From: Methanimicrococcus sp. OttesenSCG-928-J09
GTDB taxonomy: Archaea > Halobacteriota > Methanosarcinia > Methanosarcinales > Methanosarcinaceae
Length of the DNA stretch: 64,000 nucleotides
Assembly (NCBI GenBank): GCA_030266245.1
Contig: JAJDHP010000004.1
Location: 994-64,993, forward strand
Direction of reading: 5' to 3'
Shown here: one piece after another, positions 29,930 to 40,498 of the stretch
Numbering within the stretch: position 1 is the stretch's first letter
Layout of the letters: each line of letters starts with the position of its first letter
Made by a program: the position numbers and the translations under genes
Notes under the pieces: generated by a model
What the model was told of the DNA's origin: nothing
The model's input: only the letters and a program-made list of their open reading frames with translations
Database searches by the model: none

Positions 29930-30025
29930 TAATCTCATTAAAAACGTGGCTTGCTTTTTTCAAATTTAAAATTGGAACAGCCCGCATGCGCCAACTGCAA
30001 GCCGCAGGCGAAAAACTAACCGCCG

Positions 30026-32515
30026 TCAGCCGCGTATTTTCACTCTAAGTTCTTTTGCGTCTGTTGCCAATGCATTCTTTTTCATCGTTTTTGAAATCAA
30101 CTCAACCGCTTCCAAATTTCGAACCGCGTCTTCCAAATAAGAAAAAACATCGCCGATATAAGCCGTTATACCGTATTCGTTTTCCAGTTCTCTTATGATT
30201 TGAATCGGTTCCATTCCTTTCATTCGAAGCAGCAGAATCTTTTCCGAAAATTTACGCTCGGCACAGCCGCAATATGGGGATTCTTTACAGGAACAAGTGA
30301 ACATATCCGATGCGAAATTGAGAAGCAGCTTTTGGTATTTCGGGCTGACTTCTTTTAAAATGGAACCGTCAAACATGATGTCCAGGAAAGCACCCTGGAA
30401 AACGCGTGACGGCAGATTCATTCGAAGGTCTTTTGAAATCTGTTCGGCATATTTAAATGTCGCGCCCGTGAAGAATTCCAAATTCGTAATGATGCGAAGC
30501 GCTGAAATGTTTGCTTTGATTGAGTCGACAATCATAAACGTTTTCGAAACCGATAGGAAGTGAGCCGATGCGATTTGGCCGAGTTCGGTTTGAGTAACAA
30601 TTTGTCCTTTCACTTCAACAAATCTGTATTTTTGAAGTTTGAGCAGCATTATGTTTTCATTGATTGAGCCGAACATCGTCGCCAATATTTTCATTAAATC
30701 GGATTTGGAAGATGTGACGGAAACCGATGCCAGCAGCTCTTCCAGCTGATTCTCTTCATTGTAATCAAATTCGTCATCTGAGAGCGTTCCTTTCAAAAGA
30801 CCGACTGCAACATCTTCTTCTGTTTCTTTTGTGCCCGATGAATATGATTTTCCGGGAACAGGCATCAGAACAACAACGCCTCTGTCATGGAAATCAGGAC
30901 GGCCGGCGCGGCCGCTCATTTGAAGGAAATCTTGGACGGTCAGCCATTCGATGCCCATTGCAAGCGATTCAAAAATAACCTGTGATGCGGGAAAGTCAAC
31001 GCCGGCTGCAAGTGCGGCGGTTGTGACGACAACAGGGATTTCGCCGCGGCCGAATTTCGTTTCCACACGTTTTCTTTCGTTCTGGTTCAGACCGGCATGA
31101 TAATAAGCTGCCTGCATCGGAAGTGCGTTGGCGATACTTTGGCAGTTGGCACGTGAATTGGTAAACACAATTGTTTGACCGCGATGACCTTTGGACGATT
31201 TCATGTTATATTCGTCTTGAATTAATTGAGACATCAGGCGATTCTTTTCGTGGTCCTGGACGAAAAGCAGATGGCGGTCAATCGGAACAGGGCGGTGTTC
31301 ATAGATGACAAGGTTCGCGCCGAGTTTTTCGGCGAAATAATTCGGATTGCCGACGGTTGCGGATAAATAAATGAATTGAGCTTCAGGAACCGTGTAGCGC
31401 AGGCGTGCGATCAGTCCGTCTAATCTGTGACCGCGTTCGGCATCGGTCAGCATATGCACTTCATCTATGACGACTGTTCCGACTTGTCCGAGCGCGTCTG
31501 CATTCCCGAGACGCAGCAGATGATCGATTCCTTCATAGGTGCCGACAATGATGTCGGAGTCCAGCGTTTTTTTCATAAAAGTTGTTTCTTTGGTTTTGAT
31601 CATTTCGGCGCCGATTCGTATGGATGTTTTGAGTCCGATTTCATTGTAGCGCGTTGTGAATTGGTCGTATTTTTGATTGGCGAGCGCAACGAGGGGGACG
31701 AGGTAGAGCATTTTTCCTTTTTTGGAAAGGACGTTTTCAACGCCCGCGATTTCGCCGATGAGCGTTTTTCCGGTGGCGGTCGCTGAAACAATCATCAGGT
31801 TTTTGTTTTCCAAAAGACCGGATTCGACTGCAAGTGTTTGAACCGGCATTAAATCTTTGGATTTTTTCAGAAGCAGATCTTTAAGCCGTTTGTGAATCGG
31901 CAGTGATTTGATCGGCATCTTTTTTTCATCTTTGGAAGACACAACGGTGTCGTATTTTGTTGTCGTTTCATCCAGCCGATCGGCATTGAGCATGGCAATT
32001 GTTTTGTCGAAATCCTTTGTCCGGTCCAAGACACGTTCAAAAAATTCCATCGTGGAGTCGCCCATATTTTGTTTGGAGTTTCGCAGCGCTTTTTTCAATT
32101 CTTCTTTGGCGCAGTCGGGGCAAATCAATTCCTTGCCGTATTTGACCGAGGATTTATTCAAAAAGTTAAACCGCTTTTGAAGCAGGCAGTGGCGGCAGAT
32201 GTCAACGGTATCGAATTTGAGCTGATACGCTTTGAACATATCTTCGATTTCCTGTCGGTTTTTCGGCGATGTTTCCTTTGAAACCATGATTCTGTTCGCC
32301 GTTTTCATTAGATCGATGAACTCTTTTGTCGGGTAATATTCCTCATCGGAAAGGTTTTTTCCGTTTTTCTTCAAAACCCGAACTTTGTGCGGTCGGAAGC
32401 CTGCTGTATTTTGTTTCAGCTCCAGCTCTCCGGCCCATAAGGGTTCTCGTTTTTTGTCAGCGATGACCATGACCGTAAAGGTTTTTCCTTTTCCGGCAAA
32501 AAGAATCCATAACAT
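30026..32515 (-). CDS. archaeal Ski2-like DEAD/DEAH-box helicase with C-terminal Cys cluster
   Basis: SATATGKT, DEVH, SAT, QMSGRAGRP; C-terminal CSCKESPYCGC. Confidence 0.92.
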   Translation of the reverse strand: MLWILFAGKGKTFTVMVIADKKREPLWAGELELKQNTAGFRPHKVRVLKKNGKNLSDEEYYPTKEFIDLMKTANRIMVSKETSPKNRQEIEDMFKAYQLKFDTVDICRHCLLQKRFNFLNKSSVKYGKELICPDCAKEELKKALRNSKQNMGDSTMEFFERVLDRTKDFDKTIAMLNADRLDETTTKYDTVVSSKDEKKMPIKSLPIHKRLKDLLLKKSKDLMPVQTLAVESGLLENKNLMIVSATATGKTLIGEIAGVENVLSKKGKMLYLVPLVALANQKYDQFTTRYNEIGLKTSIRIGAEMIKTKETTFMKKTLDSDIIVGTYEGIDHLLRLGNADALGQVGTVVIDEVHMLTDAERGHRLDGLIARLRYTVPEAQFIYLSATVGNPNYFAEKLGANLVIYEHRPVPIDRHLLFVQDHEKNRLMSQLIQDEYNMKSSKGHRGQTIVFTNSRANCQSIANALPMQAAYYHAGLNQNERKRVETKFGRGEIPVVVTTAALAAGVDFPASQVIFESLAMGIEWLTVQDFLQMSGRAGRPDFHDRGVVVLMPVPGKSYSSGTKETEEDVAVGLLKGTLSDDEFDYNEENQLEELLASVSVTSSKSDLMKILATMFGSINENIMLLKLQKYRFVEVKGQIVTQTELGQIASAHFLSVSKTFMIVDSIKANISALRIITNLEFFTGATFKYAEQISKDLRMNLPSRVFQGAFLDIMFDGSILKEVSPKYQKLLLNFASDMFTCSCKESPYCGCAERKFSEKILLLRMKGMEPIQIIRELENEYGITAYIGDVFSYLEDAVRNLEAVELISKTMKKNALATDAKELRVKIRG

Positions 32516-32730
32516 CGGTATCTCAAAAGGGGAAGGAGTTTAAATATTTTTCATATTCGGAATCGAAAAAACAGGATTTATTTTTTTGTTATTTTTAATA
32601 CGAGGTGTCTTTTTTCGTCATTTTTGAAAGCGGATGTCTTTTTCCATTATTTTTGAAAACGGGATATTTCTTTTCATTATTTTTGAAAAATGCGGCAGCT
32701 CGCGCGCGGCGGCGGTGCGATACAAATGTT

Positions 32731-33014
32731 ACGGCGGCGTAGGCCGCTGAAAATCGCGAAGCGATTTTCTTAAACACCGCCCTCCCACTGCAAAACAGAA
32801 ACCTGACTCCAATCGGTAACAGAAACCTGACTCCAAACAGCAGCAAACACCTCCCTCCCACTGCAAAACGGAAACCTGACTCCAATCGGTAACAAACATC
32901 TCCCTCCCACTGCAAAACGGAAACCTGACTCCAATCGGTAACAAACACCTCCCTCCCACTGCAAAACGGAAACCTGACTCCAAGTGCCCGGCACGCGTTC
33001 GACAGGTGCATATA
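32731..33014. repeat. dispersed repeat family A with about 49-nt higher-order repeats
   Basis: Hairpin, then AAACACC-CCCTCCCACTGCAAAAC-GAAACCTGACTCCAA occurring four times, ending GCGTTCGACAGGTGCATATA. Confidence 0.9.
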
Positions 33015-33125
33015 ATAGATATAATAAAGTAAATTAATTGGATAAATAACGCTGACAAGAGCAACGATCAAGATATTTGATATAATCTAATTTATAACAT
33101 AATTTGAGATTTCAGCGAATAATAA

Positions 33126-33196
33126 GTACGAATCCGCAACCTCAATTTCACTCGCTGCGCTCGTGAATCTCGTTTTGCGGTCGTATGTGAACTTTT
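33126..33196. repeat. REP-like long imperfect hairpin (family C)
   Basis: GTACGAATCCGCAA...CTCGCTGCGCTCG...TTGCGGTCGTATGTGAACTTTT. Confidence 0.65.
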
Positions 33197-33350
33197 CAAA
33201 CATCACAAAAAAGGAAAAAATAAAGAAAAAGAGAATGAAGAAAAGGAATAATAAAAAAGGAAAAGAGAATGAAGAAAAGGAATTATAAGAAAAGGAAAAG
33301 AGAATGAAGAGAAGTAAAAAATGATAAAAAAAGATGAAATTAGAAGGAAA

Positions 33351-34412
33351 TTAAACATTTCCCGCTTTCAAAATTTCACAAACGTTTTCGACTTCTTCTC
33401 TGAATTCAACATCTGAAAAGCCTTTCAAATTTGCTAAATACATAGCGCCGCCTGCGCCTGCACCTTCTTTGATGGTTCCGGTGTCATATCTTTGAATTCC
33501 GGGAAGTCTGGATTTACCGAAACCGGGGTCGGAAATATACATTTTAAAACCGAGATCTTTTGAAAGGTCGCTGAAGTTGGCAGTTTCATCTTCTAAAACG
33601 TATCTCGTTGTTGCTAATGAGACATCTTTGAGGTTGACGCCCATGTGTTTCGCAACAGCGTACACGGCAGCCATTTGGGTTCCGCCGGCCATGATTATGT
33701 TCATGTCGGGATCGTATTCTTTGAATCCTGCGATAAGACCGGCAACGGCGGGCATCATGGGGTCGCCGAGGAGTTCAACAGCGCGAAGAGGATCGTCTCT
33801 TAAGCTGCCGACAATGATATTATTCTTTTTCATGGCATCGCTGACGACTTGGCATTTCAGTTCAACCGGATTGATGTCGGCACTGCTGCTGACTTTTGCA
33901 TTGTAGCCGAGCGCGATTAAAACGCCCATCGCAGTTGTCGTGCCGCCGGGAATGCTTTCGCCGATGACGGGATGGTCGGTTGTCGGCGCCAATTCGTATC
34001 CGATTTTTTTAGCGTTTTCAAAAATCATTTTCGGATTGTGAACGGCGATACCGGTTGTGATATCTTCGCCGGCTTCGGCTTCGACGCTTCTCATTGGAAT
34101 GGAGTCGTCGGGCAAAATCATAAGCCCGGCGTTGACGAACGCGTACGGCACTTTTGTTAAGTTCAGTGCCGAGCGCGTAATAACGGCCGGCGTCGGTGTA
34201 TCATATGGCGGCGTCATCGGCATGACGGGAACGCTGATAATGTTTCCTGTGTGCATTAATTCACTGTCGCCGGCCGGTGTATAAACAGTTAATTCCGCCG
34301 TTTTTCCCGCGGCGGAAAGACCGGGGATTTGTGATGTTTTCGTGTTTGATAAAACACAAACATAAAGCGGTTTTTCAGCGTTAAATTCAGGTTTGGGTGT
34401 CGTCCAACTCAT
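33351..34412 (-). CDS. cobT: archaeal-type nicotinate-nucleotide:DMB phosphoribosyltransferase
   Basis: [40 protein letters not shown]. Confidence 0.9.
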   Translation of the reverse strand: MSWTTPKPEFNAEKPLYVCVLSNTKTSQIPGLSAAGKTAELTVYTPAGDSELMHTGNIISVPVMPMTPPYDTPTPAVITRSALNLTKVPYAFVNAGLMILPDDSIPMRSVEAEAGEDITTGIAVHNPKMIFENAKKIGYELAPTTDHPVIGESIPGGTTTAMGVLIALGYNAKVSSSADINPVELKCQVVSDAMKKNNIIVGSLRDDPLRAVELLGDPMMPAVAGLIAGFKEYDPDMNIIMAGGTQMAAVYAVAKHMGVNLKDVSLATTRYVLEDETANFSDLSKDLGFKMYISDPGFGKSRLPGIQRYDTGTIKEGAGAGGAMYLANLKGFSDVEFREEVENVCEILKAGNV

Positions 34413-34712
34413 CTCTTATTACTCCTCTCAATCATAAAATGAAAACGAAATTTTGAATCAAAATAAATTAAACACTTTTCAGTTTAGGTTTAACAAGTAG
34501 AATGTAATAATGAGATTTTGAAATATTAACTCTCCGTTAAATAAAATTGAAAAAAAAGAAAGTTGAGTTGATTAACTTGAGTTTGAGAATGTTGTTAACT
34601 CAGAAAAAAATCCCAAATCAGGTTTTATTAATATTATCGGAGGGAGTTGATAAAGGTAAATTCTCTCTTCTTTATTTCTTCCTACTCGGCAAAAGACCGC
34701 ACTTACCTGTAT

Positions 34713-35225
34713 TCACTTCTTTTTTCCGCTCGGCAGGAATGCAACATCTTGTGCCGCCAACTTCTTGGCAGCATTGGCTGACACTTGCTTTGTACCGCTT
34801 GCTGCAACTGTCTTGGGCTGAGCTTTAGGGGCAGGTATTTGGCGGGTGCCGCTTCCGAGCTGCTTCTGCGTTGAGCCGATTTGGTTTTGAGGCAATCTTC
34901 CCATATTGACAGTCAGCGCCGGATTTTCTTTTTTCGGCTGAACCTGAGGCGCTGCTTTGGGTCTCGGAACTCTGTCGATTTCAATGGATTTGAATGGGAA
35001 ACCTGCACCATCGCGGTATTCTGTAATTTTTGTAATGTAAAAAAGTTCTTTCTTTTCAAAAAGACAAACTTCCATTTTGTCGCCGTGTTCAAAAGGCGTC
35101 TGCATATCGCGAACGACAATTGTGAAGTTTTGGAACGGCTAGCCGCTGAATATGATGTCACGGAACATTCGTCCGTCCTTTTTAACTAAATTAATCTTAA
35201 TGTCGCCTGTTCTGAAATTGATCAT
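34713..35225 (-). CDS. hypothetical protein with in-frame TAG at codon 29
   Basis: From ATG 35225 (GAGG upstream): MINFRTGDIKINLVKKDGRMFRDIIFSG-TAG(35141-35139)-PFQNFTIVVRDMQTPF..., in frame with ORF 34713..35105. Confidence 0.65.
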
Positions 35226-35390
35226 ATCCAAAGCCTCGTTTTTATAATAATTTCACTTAAATATGAAATTATCTTATTTATAATGTTTTAATACTGATTT
35301 TTTATATTGATGATTTATAATTTTATGATTCATTTTTATTACTTATTATAAAATGCGGGGGAGGTTTTTCTATTTTTTTAAAATTTGTGC

Positions 35391-35575
35391 GGGTCGCGCG
35401 CGGGAGTTGGCGGCAGCAAGCAGAGCAGGCAGCAGCAAAACAGAAACTATAAGGCAGCAAGCTGAAATGGAAGCGGTAAGGCAGCAAGCTGAAACGGAAA
35501 CAGTAAGGTAGCAAGCTGAAACGGAAACAGTAAGTAGCCGTATCAATTCGTTTTACGTTCGGCAAGTACATATTA
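35391..35575. repeat. dispersed repeat family B with 27-nt units
   Basis: GTCGCGCGCG, then (TAAGG(C/T)AGCAAGCTGAAA(C/T)GGAA..) x3, ending TTTTACGTTCGGCAAGTACATAT. Confidence 0.8.
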
Positions 35576-35646
35576 TAAAAATTACAGAAATGAAAAAATG
35601 ACGGCGAAGCCGTCAAATATGAATTTCTCGAAAAGCGGCGAGCGTT

Positions 35647-37488
35647 TTACCTTCTTCTCTTAAATTCCGGCTCATCCGTTTTCGGAAGTTCAATATCCAA
35701 TTCATCCGCCAGCTTAATCATTTTCGGCGGCAATTCTTTCCAGCGCCAGAAGCCGTGTTTGATATATTCCTCAGAAACGCCTGTCTTTTTCGCCCAGCCT
35801 TCCAAATAAGTTTCCCAGCGGTTTGCAAGCTCAGGGTGAATTTCTTTCATACGCTCATATTCCGCCTGGAACGCGGCCGGACACATCCAGCAGCCGATAC
35901 GTTCCAAACCATTATCGTAAAGCGTGTTGTACGGCAGTTTTCTCCAGTGAATATAAAGCCAGACTTCAATCGCGCGCCAATCTCTTATCGGGAAAATGTT
36001 GAGCTGACCTTCCACATTCGGATTTGTGTCCATTGTCGGAATTTTGGCTCTCATGAACGATTCCTGACGGCGCTTGCCATCCAATGATAAATGGGGTTTG
36101 CCTTCTGCTAAACGGTTGCTTGAATTGAGTTTACAAACTTTGCAGCACCAGCGGGAATCTTTTGTCGGATGATCTTCGATTTTCAGCGTTTTCCAAAATT
36201 CATCACCTGCGCTCATCTCTTTAAACGGAATCGGATTCGGACGGTTTTCGCAATAATCACGCGCGAACGCAACCGTTTCGGGATAATCGATGCCGGTGTT
36301 TAAGAAAACGGCCGTAAACGGTCGGTGAACCAGCGCCGAGGCTGCCAAATCCAAAACAACCAAACTGTCTTTACCGCCGCTGAAAGAAACAAAGACAGGC
36401 TTTTCTTTATTATCTTTTAAATTGACGGCGCCTTTTATCGTATTCAAAGCGTTTTTGCCGAGCGCTTTGATGTATTCTTTATTCGCTTCAACAATTTCAT
36501 CCATTGTCGGCTTTTTATCGGAAAGAACGAACGCGGCAGCGTCTTCGGAAGTGATGTTTTTCACTTTTAAAATCTGAGCTTCGCGAATTTCCGCTGTTGA
36601 TTTTGTTGACATCGCAGCGTCTTCTCTTTCATTTTCCTTTTTCACGCGATAAAAATCTTCGCTGTCGGAATGTGAAATTCCGTATCCGGTCAGATTGCCG
36701 CTGACAATCAAAACAGGTTCGCCTTTTTTAATTCCCGGCGGGAATTCTTCAATCAAATCAAAAGTTACATTTTTGCCGTTCAAATGCGATTTCGTTTTCC
36801 CGATTTTAACAACGCGGCCGGCGGCAGCGAAAGAATACGGTTCATTGAAGAAAAGTTTAGAACCGTAAAGTGTCGGCTCAAAAACGAAATCTAAAATTTT
36901 TAAATCAAAGCGAAGCATTCCGACAACGTGACCGTCAGCGATAATTTCCATCGTTTGGTCGTCGCCCGGAATCTTATTCAGCAGCAAAACCCGGCCCGCG
37001 AGCGGATTGCAGGAGAAGAGCTGCATCATATGTTTATTAATCAGTTCGTAATCATATCCTTGAGCGAATCTGACGTCTGCCGGCTGCGAAAGTGTTATTT
37101 TGTCACCATTCTCACTGCATAAGCCGCATTTTTCGCCAATCAGCGGAACATTGCATTCTCTGCACCAAAAAATAAAATCATTATCATAATGAACGCGATT
37201 GTTTCCGCTTTTCTTAAAGTTTTGCCTTTCTGATGCTTCCTGAAGTTTTCCGAGATCTTTTGCGCTGTAGCCGTCAGAATAACGGCTGACGGTTTTTCCG
37301 GCTCCGCCTGCAACTTTTGATCCTGTCTTTCCGGCATCTGCTTTTCCTGTGCCCGTCTTTTTCTGTGCGTTTTTCGGTACATTTTTCGGTACGTTTTTCT
37401 GTGCGTCTTTACTGCCCTTTTGCTCTCCTCTGCCTTTGACGCGGTAATTATCTTTTGAATTGTTCTGTGTCGGCGGTCGCCTTGCCAT
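35647..37488 (-). CDS. PAPS reductase family protein with Zn ribbon and PUA-like domain
   Basis: WCRECNVPL, SFSGGKDS, RWCCKVCK, RIGCWMCP; basic low-complexity N-terminus. Confidence 0.88.
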   Translation of the reverse strand: MARRPPTQNNSKDNYRVKGRGEQKGSKDAQKNVPKNVPKNAQKKTGTGKADAGKTGSKVAGGAGKTVSRYSDGYSAKDLGKLQEASERQNFKKSGNNRVHYDNDFIFWCRECNVPLIGEKCGLCSENGDKITLSQPADVRFAQGYDYELINKHMMQLFSCNPLAGRVLLLNKIPGDDQTMEIIADGHVVGMLRFDLKILDFVFEPTLYGSKLFFNEPYSFAAAGRVVKIGKTKSHLNGKNVTFDLIEEFPPGIKKGEPVLIVSGNLTGYGISHSDSEDFYRVKKENEREDAAMSTKSTAEIREAQILKVKNITSEDAAAFVLSDKKPTMDEIVEANKEYIKALGKNALNTIKGAVNLKDNKEKPVFVSFSGGKDSLVVLDLAASALVHRPFTAVFLNTGIDYPETVAFARDYCENRPNPIPFKEMSAGDEFWKTLKIEDHPTKDSRWCCKVCKLNSSNRLAEGKPHLSLDGKRRQESFMRAKIPTMDTNPNVEGQLNIFPIRDWRAIEVWLYIHWRKLPYNTLYDNGLERIGCWMCPAAFQAEYERMKEIHPELANRWETYLEGWAKKTGVSEEYIKHGFWRWKELPPKMIKLADELDIELPKTDEPEFKRRR

Positions 37489-37543
37489 ATTTTTCACCCG
37501 TTTAATTTTTGACTGCTTTTCCTGCTAAAAAGTGTTCCTGCTA

Positions 37544-37954
37544 TTAAAGGCGTACCATTCTAAACAAAATAAACCATGCAATGATGATGATAAAAAAGAA
37601 TGCCAACGCGTACTTGAAAGTGTTTTTGTCAAATCCGAATCCGCTGCTTCCAAAAACTATCGGAATCGGACCGATCATAATCATGCCGCTCGTTTTTGTT
37701 CGCGGTTCATCATCAAATCGGCGGCTGTGTTCGGAATTGTCATTATAAGCTGATTGTTTGTTTTCATAACGCTCATTCTCATAATTATTATTCTCATAAT
37801 AGCCATTCCCATGGTCATTTTCAAAATAATCATTGTAATTGCCGGATTTCGTTTGCCGTCTTGCCCAAAGATTTAAGCCGATTGTCAGCAGAATCGAAAG
37901 GACGATTGAAATAATCAGTGACGGCCAAAAGAAATAAACATTTATGTCTGCCAT
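37544..37954 (-). CDS. DUF131 family membrane protein
   Basis: GMIMIGPIPIVFGS motif. Confidence 0.85.
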   Translation of the reverse strand: MADINVYFFWPSLIISIVLSILLTIGLNLWARRQTKSGNYNDYFENDHGNGYYENNNYENERYENKQSAYNDNSEHSRRFDDEPRTKTSGMIMIGPIPIVFGSSGFGFDKNTFKYALAFFFIIIIAWFILFRMVRL

Positions 37955-38044
37955 TGTTTTCTCATTGAAGTATGTCGGTTTTATTTATGACTTTTTTTGT
38001 TTAACGGAAAAATATTATAAGAACAAAACAATCATGGATACATT

Positions 38045-39328
38045 ATGTCAGAAAACGATTTTGAAAATACAAATCAGGATTCCGTTTCTATTGAAAAAAC
38101 GACTGCTTCCGAATCCGGTCTTGAACCGGAACAGCTTGTTTTGGAAAATGAAGCGCTTCATGAAAAAGTGAGAGAGCTTACTGAAGAAATTTCCAAGGCT
38201 CAAATTGAAAACGGTGAGCTGAAAGCGAATGTTCTTAAGATGACGCAGATCGTTGAAGATCACCGTTGGGAAATCCGCCGTCTCAAAAACCAAATTGAAG
38301 ATTTGACGAAGACTCCGTTTTTCATTGCGACCGTTATGGAAATTTTTGACGAGGAAGTTCTCATTAAACTGCACGGCAACAATCAGGAAATTTTAACGCA
38401 CAAAGCACCCGACTTTGAAGAAAATCTCGAACCGGGAATGCGTGTCGCTGTCAACGGCGCCGCTTATGTGATTATGGACATTCTCAGTCAATCCACAGAT
38501 GTCCGCGCTCAGGTGATGGAATTGATTCAATCTCCTGATGTCAGCTACGATCAGGTCGGCGGTCTCGGTGATGTGATTCAGGAAGTTATTGAAACCGTCG
38601 AACTTCCGCTCACACAGCCTGAACTCTTTGAAAATATCGGTATTGAACCGCCGTCCGGTGTTCTTCTCTACGGAAGTCCGGGTACCGGCAAAACGCTGAT
38701 CGCTAAAGCAGTTGCGACGCAGGCGAATGCAACTTTTATTCGAATGTCAGGATCAGATTTGGTTCAGAAGTTCGTTGGTGAAGGCGCCCGTCTTGTAAAA
38801 GATATCTTTGCGATGGCGCGCTCCAAAGCTCCCGCGATTCTTTTCATTGATGAAATTGATGCTGTCGGCGGCACCCGAACTTTCGACGGTACCAGCGGCT
38901 CGGCCGAAGTGAACAGAACGATGCTTCAGCTGCTGGCTGAAATGGATGGTTTTGACGGCCGCGGCGATGTTAAAATCATGGCGGCAACCAACAGAAAAGA
39001 TCTTCTTGACCCCGCGCTTCTTCGTCCCGGCCGTTTTGACCGCGCGATTGAGGTGCCGATGCCTGAAGAATCTGCACGTCTTGAAATCCTTCAGATTCAC
39101 ACCCGCAAAATGAATTTGGATCCGGAGGTTGATTTGGTGAAGCTTGCCAAAGAAACCGCAGGATTCAGCGGCGCCGATTTGAATGCGGTTGCCCGTGAAG
39201 CCGGTATTTTTGTCCTTAGAAGACGCGGAAACGTTGTTACCATGCAGGATTTGAAGGACGCTGTTAAAAAGGTTAAAAAGGATGAGGAGAACAGCAAACT
39301 GAATGCTCCTAACGATATGTTTGCTTAA
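38045..39328 (+). CDS. pan: proteasome-activating nucleotidase
   Basis: Coiled coil, GSPGTGKT, FIDEID, EVNRTMLQLLAEMDGF, LRPGRFDR. Confidence 0.96.
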   Translation: MSENDFENTNQDSVSIEKTTASESGLEPEQLVLENEALHEKVRELTEEISKAQIENGELKANVLKMTQIVEDHRWEIRRLKNQIEDLTKTPFFIATVMEIFDEEVLIKLHGNNQEILTHKAPDFEENLEPGMRVAVNGAAYVIMDILSQSTDVRAQVMELIQSPDVSYDQVGGLGDVIQEVIETVELPLTQPELFENIGIEPPSGVLLYGSPGTGKTLIAKAVATQANATFIRMSGSDLVQKFVGEGARLVKDIFAMARSKAPAILFIDEIDAVGGTRTFDGTSGSAEVNRTMLQLLAEMDGFDGRGDVKIMAATNRKDLLDPALLRPGRFDRAIEVPMPEESARLEILQIHTRKMNLDPEVDLVKLAKETAGFSGADLNAVAREAGIFVLRRRGNVVTMQDLKDAVKKVKKDEENSKLNAPNDMFA

Positions 39329-39490
39329 ATGCAGACATTTCTTCTTTCTTTTTTTATTTTTCAAAAACAAATTCGTTTTTTCTTATTTCTTCAAAAAAGA
39401 GTCGTAATTTTTTCGATTTTTCTAAAATCCTGTGCTTTAACGCGCGCGGGTGGGCTGACAAAATTTATTGTTTGTGGTTTTGACTTGTAT

Positions 39491-39652
39491 TGGCGGCAGC
39501 AGCCGCAAAAATCGCGAAGCGATTTTTCATAAACATCGCCCTCCCACTGCAAAACGGCAACCTGACTCCAAATGGCAACCGTAACCTGACTCCAAGTGGC
39601 AACAATAATCTGACTCCAAGTGGCAATTAGTTTTGCGTTCGGCAGGTGCATT
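39491..39652. repeat. dispersed repeat family A with 3 units
   Basis: Same hairpin and core, CTGACTCCAA x3, ending TTTTGCGTTCGGCAGGTGCAT; lies between convergent genes. Confidence 0.9.
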
Positions 39653-39691
39653 TAATAAAAAAGAAATATGAAAAAATGAATGTCTGTCAAA

Positions 39692-40363
39692 TCAATTTTG
39701 ATTTTGAGAATTGTTAATGAAATCATAATAAAGAAACATTGAAACGATGCCGCCTTTGTTTGTGACTTTCAAAGCAGCCGGCCATTCTTTTTCACTTATT
39801 TTGGCACATTCTGTCCAAAAATCGGCTTTTCTTTGGCGTTCTTCTTCAATCCAATTTTTCAGGTTTTCGGCGCCGTTGTCTTTGATATAATCGTAGGTTT
39901 TGATAAAATCTGTTTTGGCGATTATTTCTTTGGACGAAAGACGGCGCTTCAATTTCCCGGGCATGACGACAGCGCCTTGGTTTAGCGTTGTTTTGCTGTC
40001 TTTGTGTTCAAAATAGAAAAGGTCAAACGGGTTTTTGCCGAGAATTTCTTTGCCGCTCTTTTTGACATCTTCGGCGTTGTTGAAATAAACAGCGAGAAAA
40101 GCGTTGTTATTTTTGAAGCTTTCTTCAATTGCTTTCAAACATTTTTCATTTTCAAAAGTGTGTTTGCCGATGAAAACGATTGTAATGTCTGTTTCATTCA
40201 AAAGAGATGCAAGTTCATCTGTGCTTTTATCGTCTGCGTTTATATTTTGAAAGGATTCCGGCGGCACAATATTTTCAGAATAGTCAGAATCGCTGAGAGC
40301 GGAAATATCCTTTACCCTTTGAAAATCTTCGGAATCAAAACAGATAAGCGCTTTTGAAGTCAT
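39692..40363 (-). CDS. MTH538/ThsB-like TIR domain protein, catalytic Glu apparently substituted
   Basis: TDITIVFIGKHT...AIEES...FLAVYF...GKNPFD...YDYIKDNGAENLKNWIEE matches the DUF1863/ThsB pattern; ATG 40363 follows AAGGAG. Confidence 0.7.
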   Translation of the reverse strand: MTSKALICFDSEDFQRVKDISALSDSDYSENIVPPESFQNINADDKSTDELASLLNETDITIVFIGKHTFENEKCLKAIEESFKNNNAFLAVYFNNAEDVKKSGKEILGKNPFDLFYFEHKDSKTTLNQGAVVMPGKLKRRLSSKEIIAKTDFIKTYDYIKDNGAENLKNWIEEERQRKADFWTECAKISEKEWPAALKVTNKGGIVSMFLYYDFINNSQNQN

Positions 40364-40423
40364 TCGAACAATCTCCTTCATCGTTTACACTACGATGTTA
40401 GGAAATCAAAAAAATAAAAATGA

Positions 40424-40498
40424 TGCTCCAGTCGGGATTTGAACCCGAGTCTTCGGCTCGAAAGGCCGGAATGATTGGCCGAGCTACACTACTGGAGC
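40424..40498 (-). tRNA. tRNA-Glu(TTC)
   Basis: GCTCCAGTAGTGTAG...CGGC-CTTTCGA-GCCG...GGTTCAAATCC...TGGAGCA. Confidence 0.95.

Noticed and set aside
32595-33071. Overlapping ORFs with WSQV/LESGF/GVRF repeats (also near 7021, 16863, 26986, 39391, 49939, 61793)
   Set aside because: They are translations of repeat family A, open in several frames at once, and have no protein-family motifs.
33200-33350. Purine-rich repeats (also pyrimidine-rich 59150-59270 and AAC-rich 51900-51990)
   Set aside because: Low-complexity tracts, mostly U-rich on the transcribed strand after stop codons and consistent with ordinary terminator regions.
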